A DNA stretch of 63,227 nt, the filler included, from Diploschistes diacapsis (taxonomy: Eukaryota), in NCBI GenBank assembly GCA_023645945.1. It is 18 parts of 18 records of this genome, joined end to end, with 100 filler letters (N's around TTAATTAATTAA, not from the genome) between each part and the next. Parts side by side here need not be neighbours in the genome. Positions count along the whole stretch, not along the records: positions 1 to 20,522 come from JALAIB010000340.1; 17 more parts are not named here. One strand, 5' to 3'. The notes below the pieces were generated by a model. The model searched no databases. It worked only from the letters and a program-made list of their open reading frames with translations, and was not told the DNA's origin. A program made the position numbers and the translations under genes. Positions 1 through 11,938 of this stretch are shown here, piece after piece; the first letter of the stretch is position 1; each line of letters starts with the position of its first letter.

Positions 1-269
1 GTATAATTAAGCTCCATTAAATCGATTCATAATGGTCGATTAAGATATTTTAAATACGCGGGCAGTTTCTCGAATGTTAGTATATTATTATAATTTTAAA
101 ACCTATAAACAATCGTTAATATTTAATTCTATTAAAATCGAATTATTGCGATGCGAGGTAATTATTGTTAAAAAAAATCGAATATAAGATAAAAACAGTG
201 ATTTGAGGTGGCCGGACTCTGGGGGTGGCCGGACTCTGGGGGTGGCCGGACTCACCGTCAAACACGTTA
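1..269 (+). mobile_element. Terminus of a RIP-mutated Fot1/pogo-like DNA transposon
   Basis: AT-rich tract ends in three 17-bp direct repeats (GGTGGCCGGACTCTGGG) followed by ACCGTCAAACACGT-TA. The same terminus recurs at 21189-21234. Internally repeated TIRs ending ACGT plus TA are typical of fungal Fot1/Pot2-like elements. Confidence 0.7.
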
Positions 270-1039
270 TATGTTTTTGGTGTTATGGGGTAAGATTATA
301 TAAAGATCAGCTGACGGAGTTTCGTCTTTATGTATATAGAACCGTTGAAGAAGTTCGCGAAGCCGGGATCGACTAACACGATATCAGATATCCAAAACCT
401 CCTGTGGTATTCGGAAAGGCAGCAGTAATGTTCGAGCGGTCTACAGGCAAGGAGCCACCCTTGAATGCCAGGTCACCAACCGTGTTGCAGGAACTGTCGC
501 CAAACAAGAGACGCAAGCTTTGTCAGACACATCAAGGGCGTGGGGTACGAAAGAAAGCACTAGACGAGCCCTAGAATAGACGAATTGAATATTATATGGC
601 TCGTTCGATAGGCCAAGCATACTCTCTGCGTATTGACATTGAACTGTTGAAAGTGATGGAAGAGAAAAGACTAGAATATATTCTGAACTAATCCTAACTA
701 GGAAATAATTCCTAGCCTGCTTGCAATAGTAATTAATATTATTAAAGATGATGAATAGCTAAGAAACAATAGGAAAGGAAATACTTTTCACGCTAGTAGC
801 ATTAGTACAAAAACATTACAAAGCATTGTACAACATTTGATGGATCAATAATCTAAAACTATTGGATCCATAATCCAACATTTTCCTACATTTGGATTTT
901 ATAATCCAATAATCTAGAATCTTCGATTATCACTATTAATCTACGATTACTAGGAATGATCTATTGGTTCTACCTAGAACCTTGGATCCTGCTAGTAGCT
1001 TGTTGGTCACTTAGGTTTTGTAAGCCAAAAACATCCCTA

Positions 1040-1290
1040 CAACGGTCGGCATGCCTGCTAATGTACGAAGAAGAGAAGCCCTCAAGATGCCCCGAGCGTC
1101 TCAAAGCTTAGGATTTTCGAACATGGATAGCTACAGTATAACGCAGATAAGCTAACGGCAGCTGTCGCAACGCAAACCTTTTACACCATGATCGATTTTG
1201 GCTCGAATATATAATCACCTAAAGAAGCGCTCGTGTTTTTTAAATTCGGGAGAATGATCCGCAAGCGCTTTACTATCATTTAAGCAGCCT
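1040..1290 (+). pseudogene. Decayed fragment resembling a fungal accessory protein family (QTFxxMI...EALVF...DPxxLYYHL motifs; kinase-like association recalled from memory)
   Basis: From 1131 it reads LQYNADKLTAAVATQTFYTMIDFG, then a stop, then EALVFFKF, then a frameshift to NDPQALYYHLSS. Family assignment is from motif recall only. Confidence 0.35.
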
Positions 1291-2191
1291 CACGACTGCT
1301 GCTGCTCTGCCTGCTGCTCTGCCTACCAATTCCCTCCCCTAAGCCTCTACCATCTAGACCACGTAGGCAGCAACCATATTGCCCACTAGGGTCACCTCGA
1401 AATAATCAGGCCTCCTTGCCCGGCGTAGGCTTAGCTTGGAGCGTGGGGTAACTAATTCTTCGGGGAGTTTGTTTGAATTCCCAAGGTTACTACTTATCCC
1501 CCGCAGTCGGTGGCGTTTTTCCAGTACCACGAGTTATCGTGGTCTTCATAAGGGGACGGAGCGGTTTAGCACGTTGTTACAAAGTCAACGCCGTAACAGA
1601 ACGTGTTAACCCCTGAAACGTTCCCCAGATGGAAAAAATTACGTATCGCTGAGGGCCCCCGGAATTGACTTGGTACGTTGCAGCGACTGTGTGTAATAAT
1701 GCGGTTCGGGGTTGCTGCTGACAGGGTGTGTAATCTTATATCAACTAGGGCAGACGCAACCCTTTTTACCCTGGTCTTCACCCCGGCATTTATCCCGAGA
1801 GGCCGCTGGGTCGCTCCTCGGGCTTCCAACACGCCGCACACGAGCAACCCTGCGCGAAGTGGCATGGCGTTCTCGAATCTGGCAAAGATGTCGGTGGTGT
1901 GATTGTGCAGGGGAGGGACGACTCTTTTGCTTATACGCGCGCACGGAAGTTCTACTGCTTCGTGCAGATGACGCGGGCTGGCTACGCACATGCGAGTATC
2001 CCCGGGTTTGGTAAACGAAAATAGACCGTTGTTCACGACGGCCTAATGATCTTTGGAAAGGACTGATACGTGTTTCCGTCAGTATAATATACATTTGCTC
2101 ATCTAGTATAAAATCAATCCGCCCTTGATATCCCCCCTGTGGTCAGCGCAGCCTATGTAAGGCTTCTCTCTCCTGATCCACCGCTGCCTTA

Positions 2192-2560
2192 TCAGACCGT
2201 GAAGGAATGACCACTCGGGCAGGTTATCTGGGCTCCTTTTGGAGCGGTGGTGTAGAACGAGCCGCAGCCACGGTGGCCACAATGCACCTGCTTGGAGCGC
2301 CTGTCCGAGTCCCCACGACGCATCAGGACGTGGTCGTAGATGTCTAGCCCTCGAGCGGCCAGAACGCTGTCGATTTCGTGGCTACGAGCTGCCAGCTCGT
2401 TGTAGTCAAGGAACTCGGCATCGGCATCGGCATCGCGAGTGTAAACACCAACGTCTCCAGAGTAGCCATAGCCATGGGCACTGGTGGGTGATGCGTAGAG
2501 CAGTGCCTGGACGGCGAGCACCGAGATGGTGGCGGCCGCGGTTTTGATGAAGTTGACCAT
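2192..2560 (-). CDS. Small secreted prepropeptide (122 aa) with an acidic R-DADADAE spacer and a C-terminal C-x4-C-x14-C-x3-H peptide
   Basis: Intronless ATG-TGA ORF with a signal peptide (MVNFIKTAAATISVLAVQALLYASPTSA), two LAAR motifs and RR sites. TATATAAA lies about 165 bp upstream (near 2725). Confidence 0.85.
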   Translation of the reverse strand: MVNFIKTAAATISVLAVQALLYASPTSAHGYGYSGDVGVYTRDADADAEFLDYNELAARSHEIDSVLAARGLDIYDHVLMRRGDSDRRSKQVHCGHRGCGSFYTTAPKGAQITCPSGHSFTV

Positions 2561-3561
2561 GGTGGGTGATTGATGAGAGAATTTGACGGAGCGGTGGTAC
2601 GTGAGGATAGGGGACAGATTATTGAAGGAAAGACGAAAGTTTCAGACTGACTGACGCAGAAGTTGGAAAGACTGTAGAACTTATTTCTGAAGAATGAGGT
2701 ACGTAGGGGGGGGATTTGCTTGGTTTATATAAACAGTCTACACAAGCAACGAACAGGGCAGTACTCGGCAGCAAGCAAATCCTCCCGGCCGCAATGAAAT
2801 GCCAGGCCCCGTCTCGCGGCCGAAACGAGCGACCAACTTGATCCAAAGCAGATTCGGATCCAACCGTTTACACCTTTGATCTGACTCAGTGTTCAGCCGT
2901 GGAAGTGAGTTAGTTTTGGCGATGGACACAGTTTCGATAGTATTAAGGAACGATCGAAAACAAGTAGTGCGAAGAGCATGAGGTTCGGTATAGCATAGAG
3001 CCTAGAGCTTTGTATTTTAGCAGGCATTCTTTAGCACAGCTTGAAGGACTCAAGCCGCTCCGTCACCGTATGGGAACAACCGCGCCGATGAGAACCAATT
3101 GAAGCTATTGTGGAACACTAGACGAGGTGTGGGGAAGTCGAAGATGGTGTATATGTATAGATAGATAGACATTTTCTCATTTAAGCTCCGATCTGTCACC
3201 GGATTGTACCGGCCTATGCAGAGTTTTACTATTTGGCTGTATCTATTTACATGGCTTGCATATGTGTATATACTGCCTTACACCTCCGTGCATGTACATA
3301 ATAGCTCTTTTTAATCCTACTGCAACATAAGCTGCACAATGCGACATGACAGATATTTGTAAGCTCTGGAGCCCCGTACCCCTACCTGACGAGGCCGAGG
3401 ACAGAGCTCTATGCAATTTCCGCATATGGCGTAGCACTTTCGATGCAGTCGAGTGCCGCTCACGTGACAGTGTGAGTTACCGCGTTTCCGCGTTATGCGT
3501 CCCCCGATTCCATCTCCCTTTCCCTTACCATTCATATTCATATACAGCAACTCTCCCAATC

Positions 3562-5019
3562 ACGTCCTCCGCCACTACCGTGAAGTCGTTCACTGGCACC
3601 TGCCATTGCGGCGCCTTCGAGTACCAGCTCGAAGTGCCGAAAATCGACGAGGTCCGTATCTGCAACTGCAGCATCTGTTCGCGCAAAGGAGTACATGGAT
3701 ATTCCCACCAAGCAGGGATGCGTTGAAGCTCAAAGGGGGAAGAGGCACTGGATTCGTACGAGTTCGGCAAGGAGAGGATGTTGCATAAGGTGAGTCGACT
3801 GCGGGTCTTCTGCTGCAACGTTAGCATGGCTGGAGATTTGCGCTCGGTCCGAAGCATTTTTTGGCTGTTTCTGTGATGCCGTTGCTATGTCCATTTGGCC
3901 ACTTTTTCGGTTGGTCTGATAGCGATTCTTGTTCTCGGCCCTTCAAACGTTGAAGACATACTATATCTGTCCCCCATCATCCGCTATGCGTACCCTATGC
4001 AGTGGGAAACGTCGCTGACGAGTCAGTTTTGTCGAACGTGCGGCAGTGCCGCGACGGCCATCGCGAAGGAAGGAAGTGGCGTAGGTGGACTTCTTGCCTT
4101 GAACGTAAGTCGCTCAAGCTCTCAAAATGCAATGCCTTGATGGTTTGAAGGCAAGAATGGTCCAAGACCTGGACATCTGGGTTTTGAAAGTAGAAAGGTA
4201 TTGTACCCAAGTTTTTGTCTTGCCTTAACACCACAGCGAATAAACAAGCCTGCCGTCACTGGTGCCCTATTCAACTTGCTTCAATGATCAACTTTGCAAA
4301 TGAAATGATCGTCCCCCCTCCATCTGACGGAAATAAAGACTCAATGCACAGAGCTGGGACCCTCCTTTCGAGCCTCACTCGCCACCGAATCACGATCTTG
4401 TCGCTGAAGCACATGAGAAAATTTACACCGGCAGCTGCCACTGCGGTGCTGTGAACGTCGCTGTCAGGACGGAGTCCTTGCCAGATTTCGTTGTCGATGA
4501 ATGCAACTGCAGTATATGCTCGATAGTAAGCAAAGTGTTTACTGCATGATCTCGTGACTGGGATCTCCCCAATCTTGTCGCTTTATTCGATACCAATGTT
4601 GAAGCTAATCGACCAACACCCTAAAGGGAGGTCTCATCATCTTCTACCCTCGCTTGCCGCAAGTGCAAGTGTTTGGCGCCGAAAATCTTACCTCGTATCG
4701 CTTCAATCGCAAGTTCGCCACGCATCTTTTCTGCAAAACTTGCGGCTTGCATGTCGACCTGGCGATTCGTGAGCCGTCAGAGGATGGGGCAAAGGTTTTG
4801 AATGCTGCACAGAAGGAGTTCTTCGAATATGCGAAGACGACCCATCCGCTGAATCTTAGGCTTCTAGACGGTGTAGAATGGAATGGCCAGCGAGGTGAAA
4901 CGGGAGGGGATGATGTGGCTGGTAAGATAAGTAGATGGGAAAAACCGGCCGCCCCCAGATCAAGTAGACTGACTGGTACCGTCATTGTTGGTTTCTTAGC
5001 ACTCGTTATTGCACGTTAA
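3562..5019 (+). pseudogene. Tandem GFA/CENP-V (Mss4-like) domain gene, apparently disrupted
   Basis: Two copies of G(T/S)CHCGA...CNCSICS...(H)xFCxTCG, near 3595-4045 and 4428-4745, with GT-AG introns. The expected start reads ACG (3562) and exon 1 needs two frameshifts (near 3690 and 3740). Confidence 0.7.
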
Positions 5020-8000
5020 CTGGTCTAGAACGGTCTGTTCGTCAAACTTGGATATTCAGAATGACTGTTGCCTCTGCTTGCCCGATAGACTGTCCGTCTA
5101 AAATAATAAGCCTATTTGGATGTCTTGACCATTGTCCTTCCCCAGCGCCTTAAGGGACCGTAAGGACCTGCTCGGTACACTGAGCCCCACGGGATATCGT
5201 CGCCTCAACGCTCTTCGTAACGCTGCAAGAGACTCGCCAAGACGGTAGGCAGACAGTCTATAGGACACGCCGAGGTAGGAGCGTAAGTTTTCTATGAACT
5301 TGAGGCCTGGCGTTCTTCTTATGGGTGGCCAGGTCATTAACTAATTTATTTCGTCCGATTGATTCCTCCTCTACCTACCTAGCATTGAAGCCAGAAGCGT
5401 AGCTCGAATCAGGGGCAAAAGCTTGAAACAGACACATTCAATAGAGCTTGGTGCTTGGAAAAATAGCAGCACTTGATAGGTTCGACGCTTAGTGTTGGCT
5501 GCGAAAGACAGTGTCGTCTCGAATTGTCTTGACTGAAGAGAAGCATCTAAACAGTTCAGGCTTTAGAGACGCCCAAGAAAATAATCGGGCTTTTGTAAAA
5601 GGCACGAAAGAATTGAAACGGGTCCCGGTCAATCATACACTTTTTAAAAGAGTGGAAAGAGAGTTCTGAGCAAGGGGAAAGATGTGTAAACTGAATGTGA
5701 TTTCTTACTTACGGTAGCTTCAGCCCAGATAGCGGCTATTGTTTGAGTGCTTGCTATGCACCTGCCGCCGAACTCCGATTTTTACGTCGCTGGACAGCGG
5801 CTTTAGGTCAAGTCTGCAGCCTTCTCTCCGATACCTAGCAAGCAAGCCATTTGAAGATGACAAGTCATTAGCAACAGCAAGACCCGTGCGTCGGCAACTC
5901 CGCGGACCTGGAGTTCTGTATCCAAAATAGCAATCGGATCGTCGTATCTGCCCAACTTGCGTGTTCCAACATAACGGTAGCCTTTTGATGGCACAGCACA
6001 GCTATGTGGAGCTTACCCCCCAGAACATGTGCTAGGGCTCACTCAACTGTTTCAGCGACTTAGACCTGACCATTGACTCTCATTCCTCCATTTTTGTGTA
6101 CTCATGGTCAGTGCTTCTCCGGTGAGGCACCTTTAAATAATGTCTCTCGCTGCCGCCATTGTAGTAACTATCTCGTTGGCTAGGATGCATGCTTCGGATG
6201 AGACTAGAATGTCCAAGTTTCATACAGTCACTTTTCATCAACAACTGGATTCTCCAGTGGTTTGGGGAGTTCCAATGTGACCAAGCCGCTAGATTTGGGA
6301 CCGAGAATCTCGGCCGCAAGCGCAAATACATGCTACTTGCCCGTAGGGAAGCTCCTCAAGGGGTGTTTGCCACTGTAACACCCTGTGTTCCAAAACTCAA
6401 TACGAGGCTAAGTCGGCTTCAAACCCAACGGATGTAATCCACCTTGGCGCTCCGCCTTTTGCCGCCGTAGGGAGTCTTTGATTCATTCACCAACTGGCGT
6501 AGTGGCAAAAACACCAGAGGGAAATTGTGACATGAAGCCATTACGGTGCTCTGCATGTTTCTTTGCTGAGCGATCATTTGCATCGTTATCCTAGGCCAAA
6601 TGATCTAGAGTAATGCTAGATTACACCGCTTAGTAGAATATCGACACCATCTGTCGTAGACTTAGCATGTAGTCTCCAGATCTTGTAGGGCACTCGCTTG
6701 CCATGTGGACCATCGGGATCTTTCCAACTCCAGGAAGATCTAGGCAGCTCGGAATACTGTGCTTTTCCACCTCAGCTTTAGTACCGATTCTTGGGTACAT
6801 AAGGGTTGCAGGACTTCCTTGTGTACCAGCACACACGATGACTTCTCTGTATGCATAGACTTCGAAAATCTAGTCGTCTTGAGTGATTGGCTTAACACAG
6901 GTAGCCGTCAAGGATCCTGTATGACCTTCCAATGTGAGGCGATTAGTAACCACAACGGTTATAGTATTTGTGTTTGGCTTCGCGTTTTCATCGGTAACAT
7001 AGTCGGCAGCTGTTGGACGAACTTCTTCGTCAATAATTATGAACAGCTGGACCGCAACCATTCCCTATCTCAGCGGTCATAACCATATCAGAATCAAGAG
7101 GTAAATCACATTCCACAAAGGACTTTAAAACAAGGTCCATGATAGGAGCGTTGCCTTGCGGTATTGTGAAAACCGGCCCTGGATAGCCTCGTGCCTCCTC
7201 TGTAGCATCGAACCAGGTTTCGTTCTCAAACATCTCTACCTTAAAGGAGAAATCATTCTAGTAAAGAGCTTCTAGCTTTCCCCGATACCATATTTTCGAG
7301 ATGAGCTGAAACGTCTCTTCATCCGACCAGGCAGGCAGGACCCAGGCAACGGGAGTCCTCTTTGCGGCTTTACACCCGCCAACGCAAAGATTTCCATTAG
7401 CTCCGCCCGATCTTCCAGCTCAGCAGGCCAGCGCAGCGGGAATAAAAAGAAGACTGGGCCAAATGCAACTTAGGCTCGCCCAGAGCGGGGTTAGATTCGT
7501 TCCAAATCCGCCAGTTTGCTTCAGTCCCTAAAACATACGCGACTCTGTATGAAGATCATTAAGTTCATTCCTTCTATCCAAGCCAGATTACTGAGGCAGC
7601 AGTTACAGCCGATAAAGGGACTGATCATTTCGGCCTCCCGTACTAGAATTTAAATCTCAGTATTTTTAATAAGACGACCAGTAATTGAGAAGCCGGTCAT
7701 TCCACCCCTTCATAGAACCGTTTGATAGGCCATTTATAGAGAAGTGTATGGCACTTACCCGCACACGACGTAGACCCAGTGATGGTCAGCCGCGAACGCG
7801 TGTTCCTGGGCCACGGCGATGATGATATAAGGTGAATGAAGCGTACGCAACCTGATTTAGCTTCACTGGTAGTACTAGCTGGAAAGAGCTACCAAATATT
7901 GAATAAGTAGATTCAGCAAAGTATCAGTAGCTCTAGTGAGCAAACGCAGATTTCTGTTACCTTGGCATGAGCAGGTGCAGCTAATAAAATCCTAACCCCG

Positions 8001-8120
8001 AAGCTAATACGGATATGGAACCTCAAGAAAAGGGAAAAGTTGCATGATCACACCTTTTCACCAAACTTACATCATCGTGTGCTTCAAGCACATTGGCCTC
8101 TCATTTGCGATAGCCTGAAA

Positions 8121-9304
8121 ATGCTACAGCCTCGGATACGCTTAACGTCTACAAGGTGGCGACCGCAAGCGCTCCTTCAACTTGCCCAATCTTACGTTAC
8201 GGAGGCATCAATTCAGCCAGCTGTGACTGCAATTCCTGATGGCGTGTTCACCCAGACGTTCGAAGCTGCACCGCCCATTGTGCAAGCGGATGCTGCTAAT
8301 ATGAGGACCTACAAGCCTCGTACCCCAGGTCTGCGGCATCTCAAACGGCCAATAAACGATCATCTGTGGAAAGGTCGAGCGTTCATCCCACTGACTATCC
8401 CCCGTAAGGGTCACGGCATAGGTGGCCGAAACAACACAGGGCTCATAACAGTCAGGCACAGAGGAGGCGGGCACAAGAGAAGGATACGCATTGTCGACTT
8501 CGCTCGTGTAGAGCCTGGTAAGCACAGGGTGGAGCGGATCGAGCATGACCCAGGTCGAAGTGCACATATCGCCCTCCTTTCGAATCTGCAAACTGGCACG
8601 AAGTCCTATATACTCGCCGCAGAAGGCATGCGCGCAGAAGATGTTGTCGAAAGCTACATTCAAGGTATTCCGGACGAACTTATACAATCTATCGGAGGTA
8701 TTGAAGATGCAGCCATGATCGCCGCCAAGACTGCCTGGAGAGGCAATTGTCTGCCTTTGAAAATGATACCGCCAGGCACGATGGTCTTCAATGTTGGTCT
8801 CAAGCCCAAACGTGGCGGACAACTTTGTCGAGGGGCTGGAACCTACGCCGTGGTGCTTGGTGAATCAACAGAGCAGAACCCGAAATATCACAAGTACGTC
8901 AACGTAAAGCTTCAAAGTGGTGAAGTCAGAAGAATACATCGAGACGCCTGTGCTACAATTGGTGTTTCGAGTAATGGAAATCATGGCCGCCGTCAGCTGG
9001 GTAAAGCCGGGAGAAGTAGGTGGCTCGGCATTCGGCCGACGGTGCGAGGCTTGGCGATGAATGCCTTTGAGCATCCTCATGGAGGAGGGCGAGGTAAATC
9101 AAAGGGTAACCGACATCCTGTGAGCATTTGGGGCAGGACTCCTGTGAGTATCACCCATACCACCCCAAAACATCATTGCTGACGCATGCCAAGGCCAAGG
9201 GAGGATACAAGACAAGGAAGAAGTCGAACAAGCACAGAGCGCTTGTGACACCTCGGCCAAGGAATATGGGCAAGCGGAAACGAGATCAAGGGAAAGATTC
9301 TTAA
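8121..9304 (+). CDS. RML2: Mitochondrial large-subunit ribosomal protein uL2m
   Basis: L2 motifs GGRNNTGLITVRHRGGGHKRRIR, IEHDPGRSAHIAL and RPTVRGLAMN...HPHGGG, preceded by a presequence-like N-terminus. One intron at 9144-9193; the last exon reads AKGGYKTR...DS*. Confidence 0.96.
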
Positions 9305-9730
9305 TAGAAAGGCCTTTACTTGTTTTGCGGATTCGCAATGCGTTTATTGCGAACTTCGAACAGAATAGTTACCGTTCTCGGCTTGTTCTAGTAAGGTTTC
9401 ATGGGATTTTTGGGGATGACAGAATGCTGAAGTTAGATCGTTGCTCGCCTACGTGTTGCTCATGAAAAGGTCCATTCTACCGAATTTCAGGATTTCCTGC
9501 GGAGACTACTACTGTTTATACCGTTTATCTACGTCGTAACTCACTTCTTTTTTGCTTCGAGAGTATAGGATGCTGCTAGATCCTTTGTTGGAACATGTTT
9601 GGGGGGAAGCAGAGCGTTTGGAGATGATAGAGTGGAGGTAAGGGTCACTTCTTAGACTGTGGTTTATGTATGTACATGTAGTAGATAATGTGTTGCATTG
9701 TCAGCTGAAGCTGAATTACCCTAATAGTCT

Positions 9731-9945
9731 TTGTACACTAATTAATTGTTTTTGCCGTAAAAAATTTGGGTTTTGGAAGAAAACCAGCCATATATAATCA
9801 GGAATCTCAAATAACTCTCATACAAGCCGTCTTAGGAGTATGGAATGCAGAGATTTTTTGGGGTGGTGGTAGCAGTGGGAGTCGAACCCAGGACCTTCGA
9901 AAAGGTCTGTCAGCACGTCGTCTTCGCAACCCCAGGCGTCATTTC
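9731..9945 (-). mobile_element. tRNA-derived SINE-like element, copy A
   Basis: Minus strand carries a B-box/T-arm (GAAGGTCCTGGGTTCGACTCCCACTGCTACCA) and the tail GGCTGGTTTTCTTCC...TTTTACGGCAAA...TTAGTGTACAA, shared with copies B and C. Confidence 0.55.
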
Positions 9946-11938
9946 TGCTCCAGGAATGTGTGCTATACTGAACCCCGTAAGTACAGCTGGGTACAGAAGA
10001 ACTAATTATCATTATTAGCTGTATCAATTATGGTCTTAAAACTTACAGCTTGGTAGGAGTGGAGGTTTACCTTGCTCTGGTTTTTCAACATCGCAATAGA
10101 CATGGCTCGCTTCTACCACAGTACAGATAATGTCCGGGAGGGTACGGCTTGCAGTTAAACTCTTTGTCCTATAATACCTTAATATGCATGCACACTCCAA
10201 GAGATCTCCATCGTGCCTCCGGGGACTGCAGATAAACCAAACAAACACTCCGCTCTATCCAACGCTCTTCTCCCTTCTCCCTTCTCCCTTTACCACGAAC
10301 CCCATCTCTTTCTGCTTGATCGGGCCTTGCCACCGCATTCACCGTTCTCGCCCCCTCGGGGCTTCTCCACGGACCCGTTGGATGTCGGAGCCGCAGCGCA
10401 CTACGGTCCTCCGAAAGCCCCTATCCGAAATTCAACAGCACGGTAAATATGCCCGGGACGCAGACCCCTTCGATTTTTTTGGATTTTTTTGTTTGGATTT
10501 TTTTGCCGCCGTGACTCAAGGGCCGGCTCCGGCTCCCACGGGCTCCGGGCAACCAACTATCGTCGGGGATGGGTACCGGCCTCGACGAGCGGCTCCAACG
10601 CCCGCCGATGCGACGAAATGATCTTGATGGTATTCTAGCGGGGGGAAGAGGTCTCGATGGCTCTGGCAGGAATGTAAGGTATACTGGCTTGCTCTTTGTG
10701 TTCGGCCTGCGGTTACGCTTTAGAATTGTATCATTTTGCCTTTTGGGCATGCGGGGGGGTTTTTTATTTTATTTTAAATTTTGATGCTGGTGCCAGGGCT
10801 GGATCCCGCCGAGCGCGCAGATTTGCGTGGCTTAGAGTACTTTCGTAGCTAGGAACGGTCTGAAAATACCACGGTTGGGGGGGATATTAGGGGAGGTATG
10901 GCGCATTCATGTCCTCCTCGGCTGGATATTCCACAGAGATCTGGACACGGAGAAACGTGCAGAGGAGCGGGAAAGGATGACGGGGGACGAGCACATCGCA
11001 GGGAGTTTAGTTCTTTTGTTGTCTTTTGTTTCTCGAACTGGGGGTTCCTATACAACTTGCAAAGTCTGCACAGTCGGGGCAAATCCTCGGCGTTTGCCTT
11101 TGCCTCTCGTGGTCTCGCGTCATCCTGGCTATCAAGAAACTATCCCACCCACACTATACTACATCTCACATGGTCGGCTTTCTTCGCTTTGCTTCCACCC
11201 TCTTCACGGAATACTTTACGTCAGGCACTATCCACCAGCTACCCTGCAACAACAGACAACATCGGCGCTTAGTTTCACAACCCGTCTCTGCCCTAGCTCG
11301 TGGCCCTTTGAGACCTCTTCAGCAGCGAAAATCAGTCGGGAAGCTGACAAGACAAAAGCATCGTTCGGACACGGTGTGATGTGTGGAAGGGAGGGGGGAC
11401 CGGAAAGGAAAAGGAAGGAAAGCTGGGATGAAGCGCTGTTACAATGCGGAGTAGTAAAGTACTGTGTGCGGGTACAAGGGTAAGTTGCAGGGAGAAGTGG
11501 ACGGAGACAGTTATTGAGTCAGAGGGGTGCAGTGCAGCAACAGTGATAGCGATAGTACAAAAGCTACCTCATCTCCCTAGTACACCGACTATGACTGTGG
11601 GAATGGGACTGAAAGTAAAAAAAGCCAGCCATGCCCCATCGTACACTCCATTCACATTCACGCAAAGCAGGTGGGTGCAGTTTCAAAAACCCTTGAAGAT
11701 AAAAAACTACCGTAATACAACCGTGACGCGCGCCGCATGTGCCCAAAGTAAAAAAAAACATAGCATCCGATACATCAACGCAGATGGCCAAGCAGAACCC
11801 AATCCCAAAGACCATAAAACATAGCCGCCCCCGCTGTCCCTTCCGATGCGCCACAAACTTCTTCCGCCCCTTCTTTCCCAGTTCGGTTCTCCCGGTACAA
11901 GATTTTCCCCATCCCTGCAGCCCACAGCCATGGCCAGC

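Noticed and set aside
820..990. Degenerate TTGGAT/ATCCAA repeats as a transposon end
   Set aside because: No partner TIR or second copy was found in the window, and the sequence is too degenerate to call.
5100..7720. Possible large decayed minus-strand gene (short ORFs at 6080-7233)
   Set aside because: The fragments look partly protein-like, but I recognised no motif or consistent splice structure. A translated search would be needed.
10184..11900. Many overlapping 70-200-aa ORFs
   Set aside because: They are low-complexity, have no family signal or codon bias, and are interrupted by homopolymer runs, so they are probably spurious.
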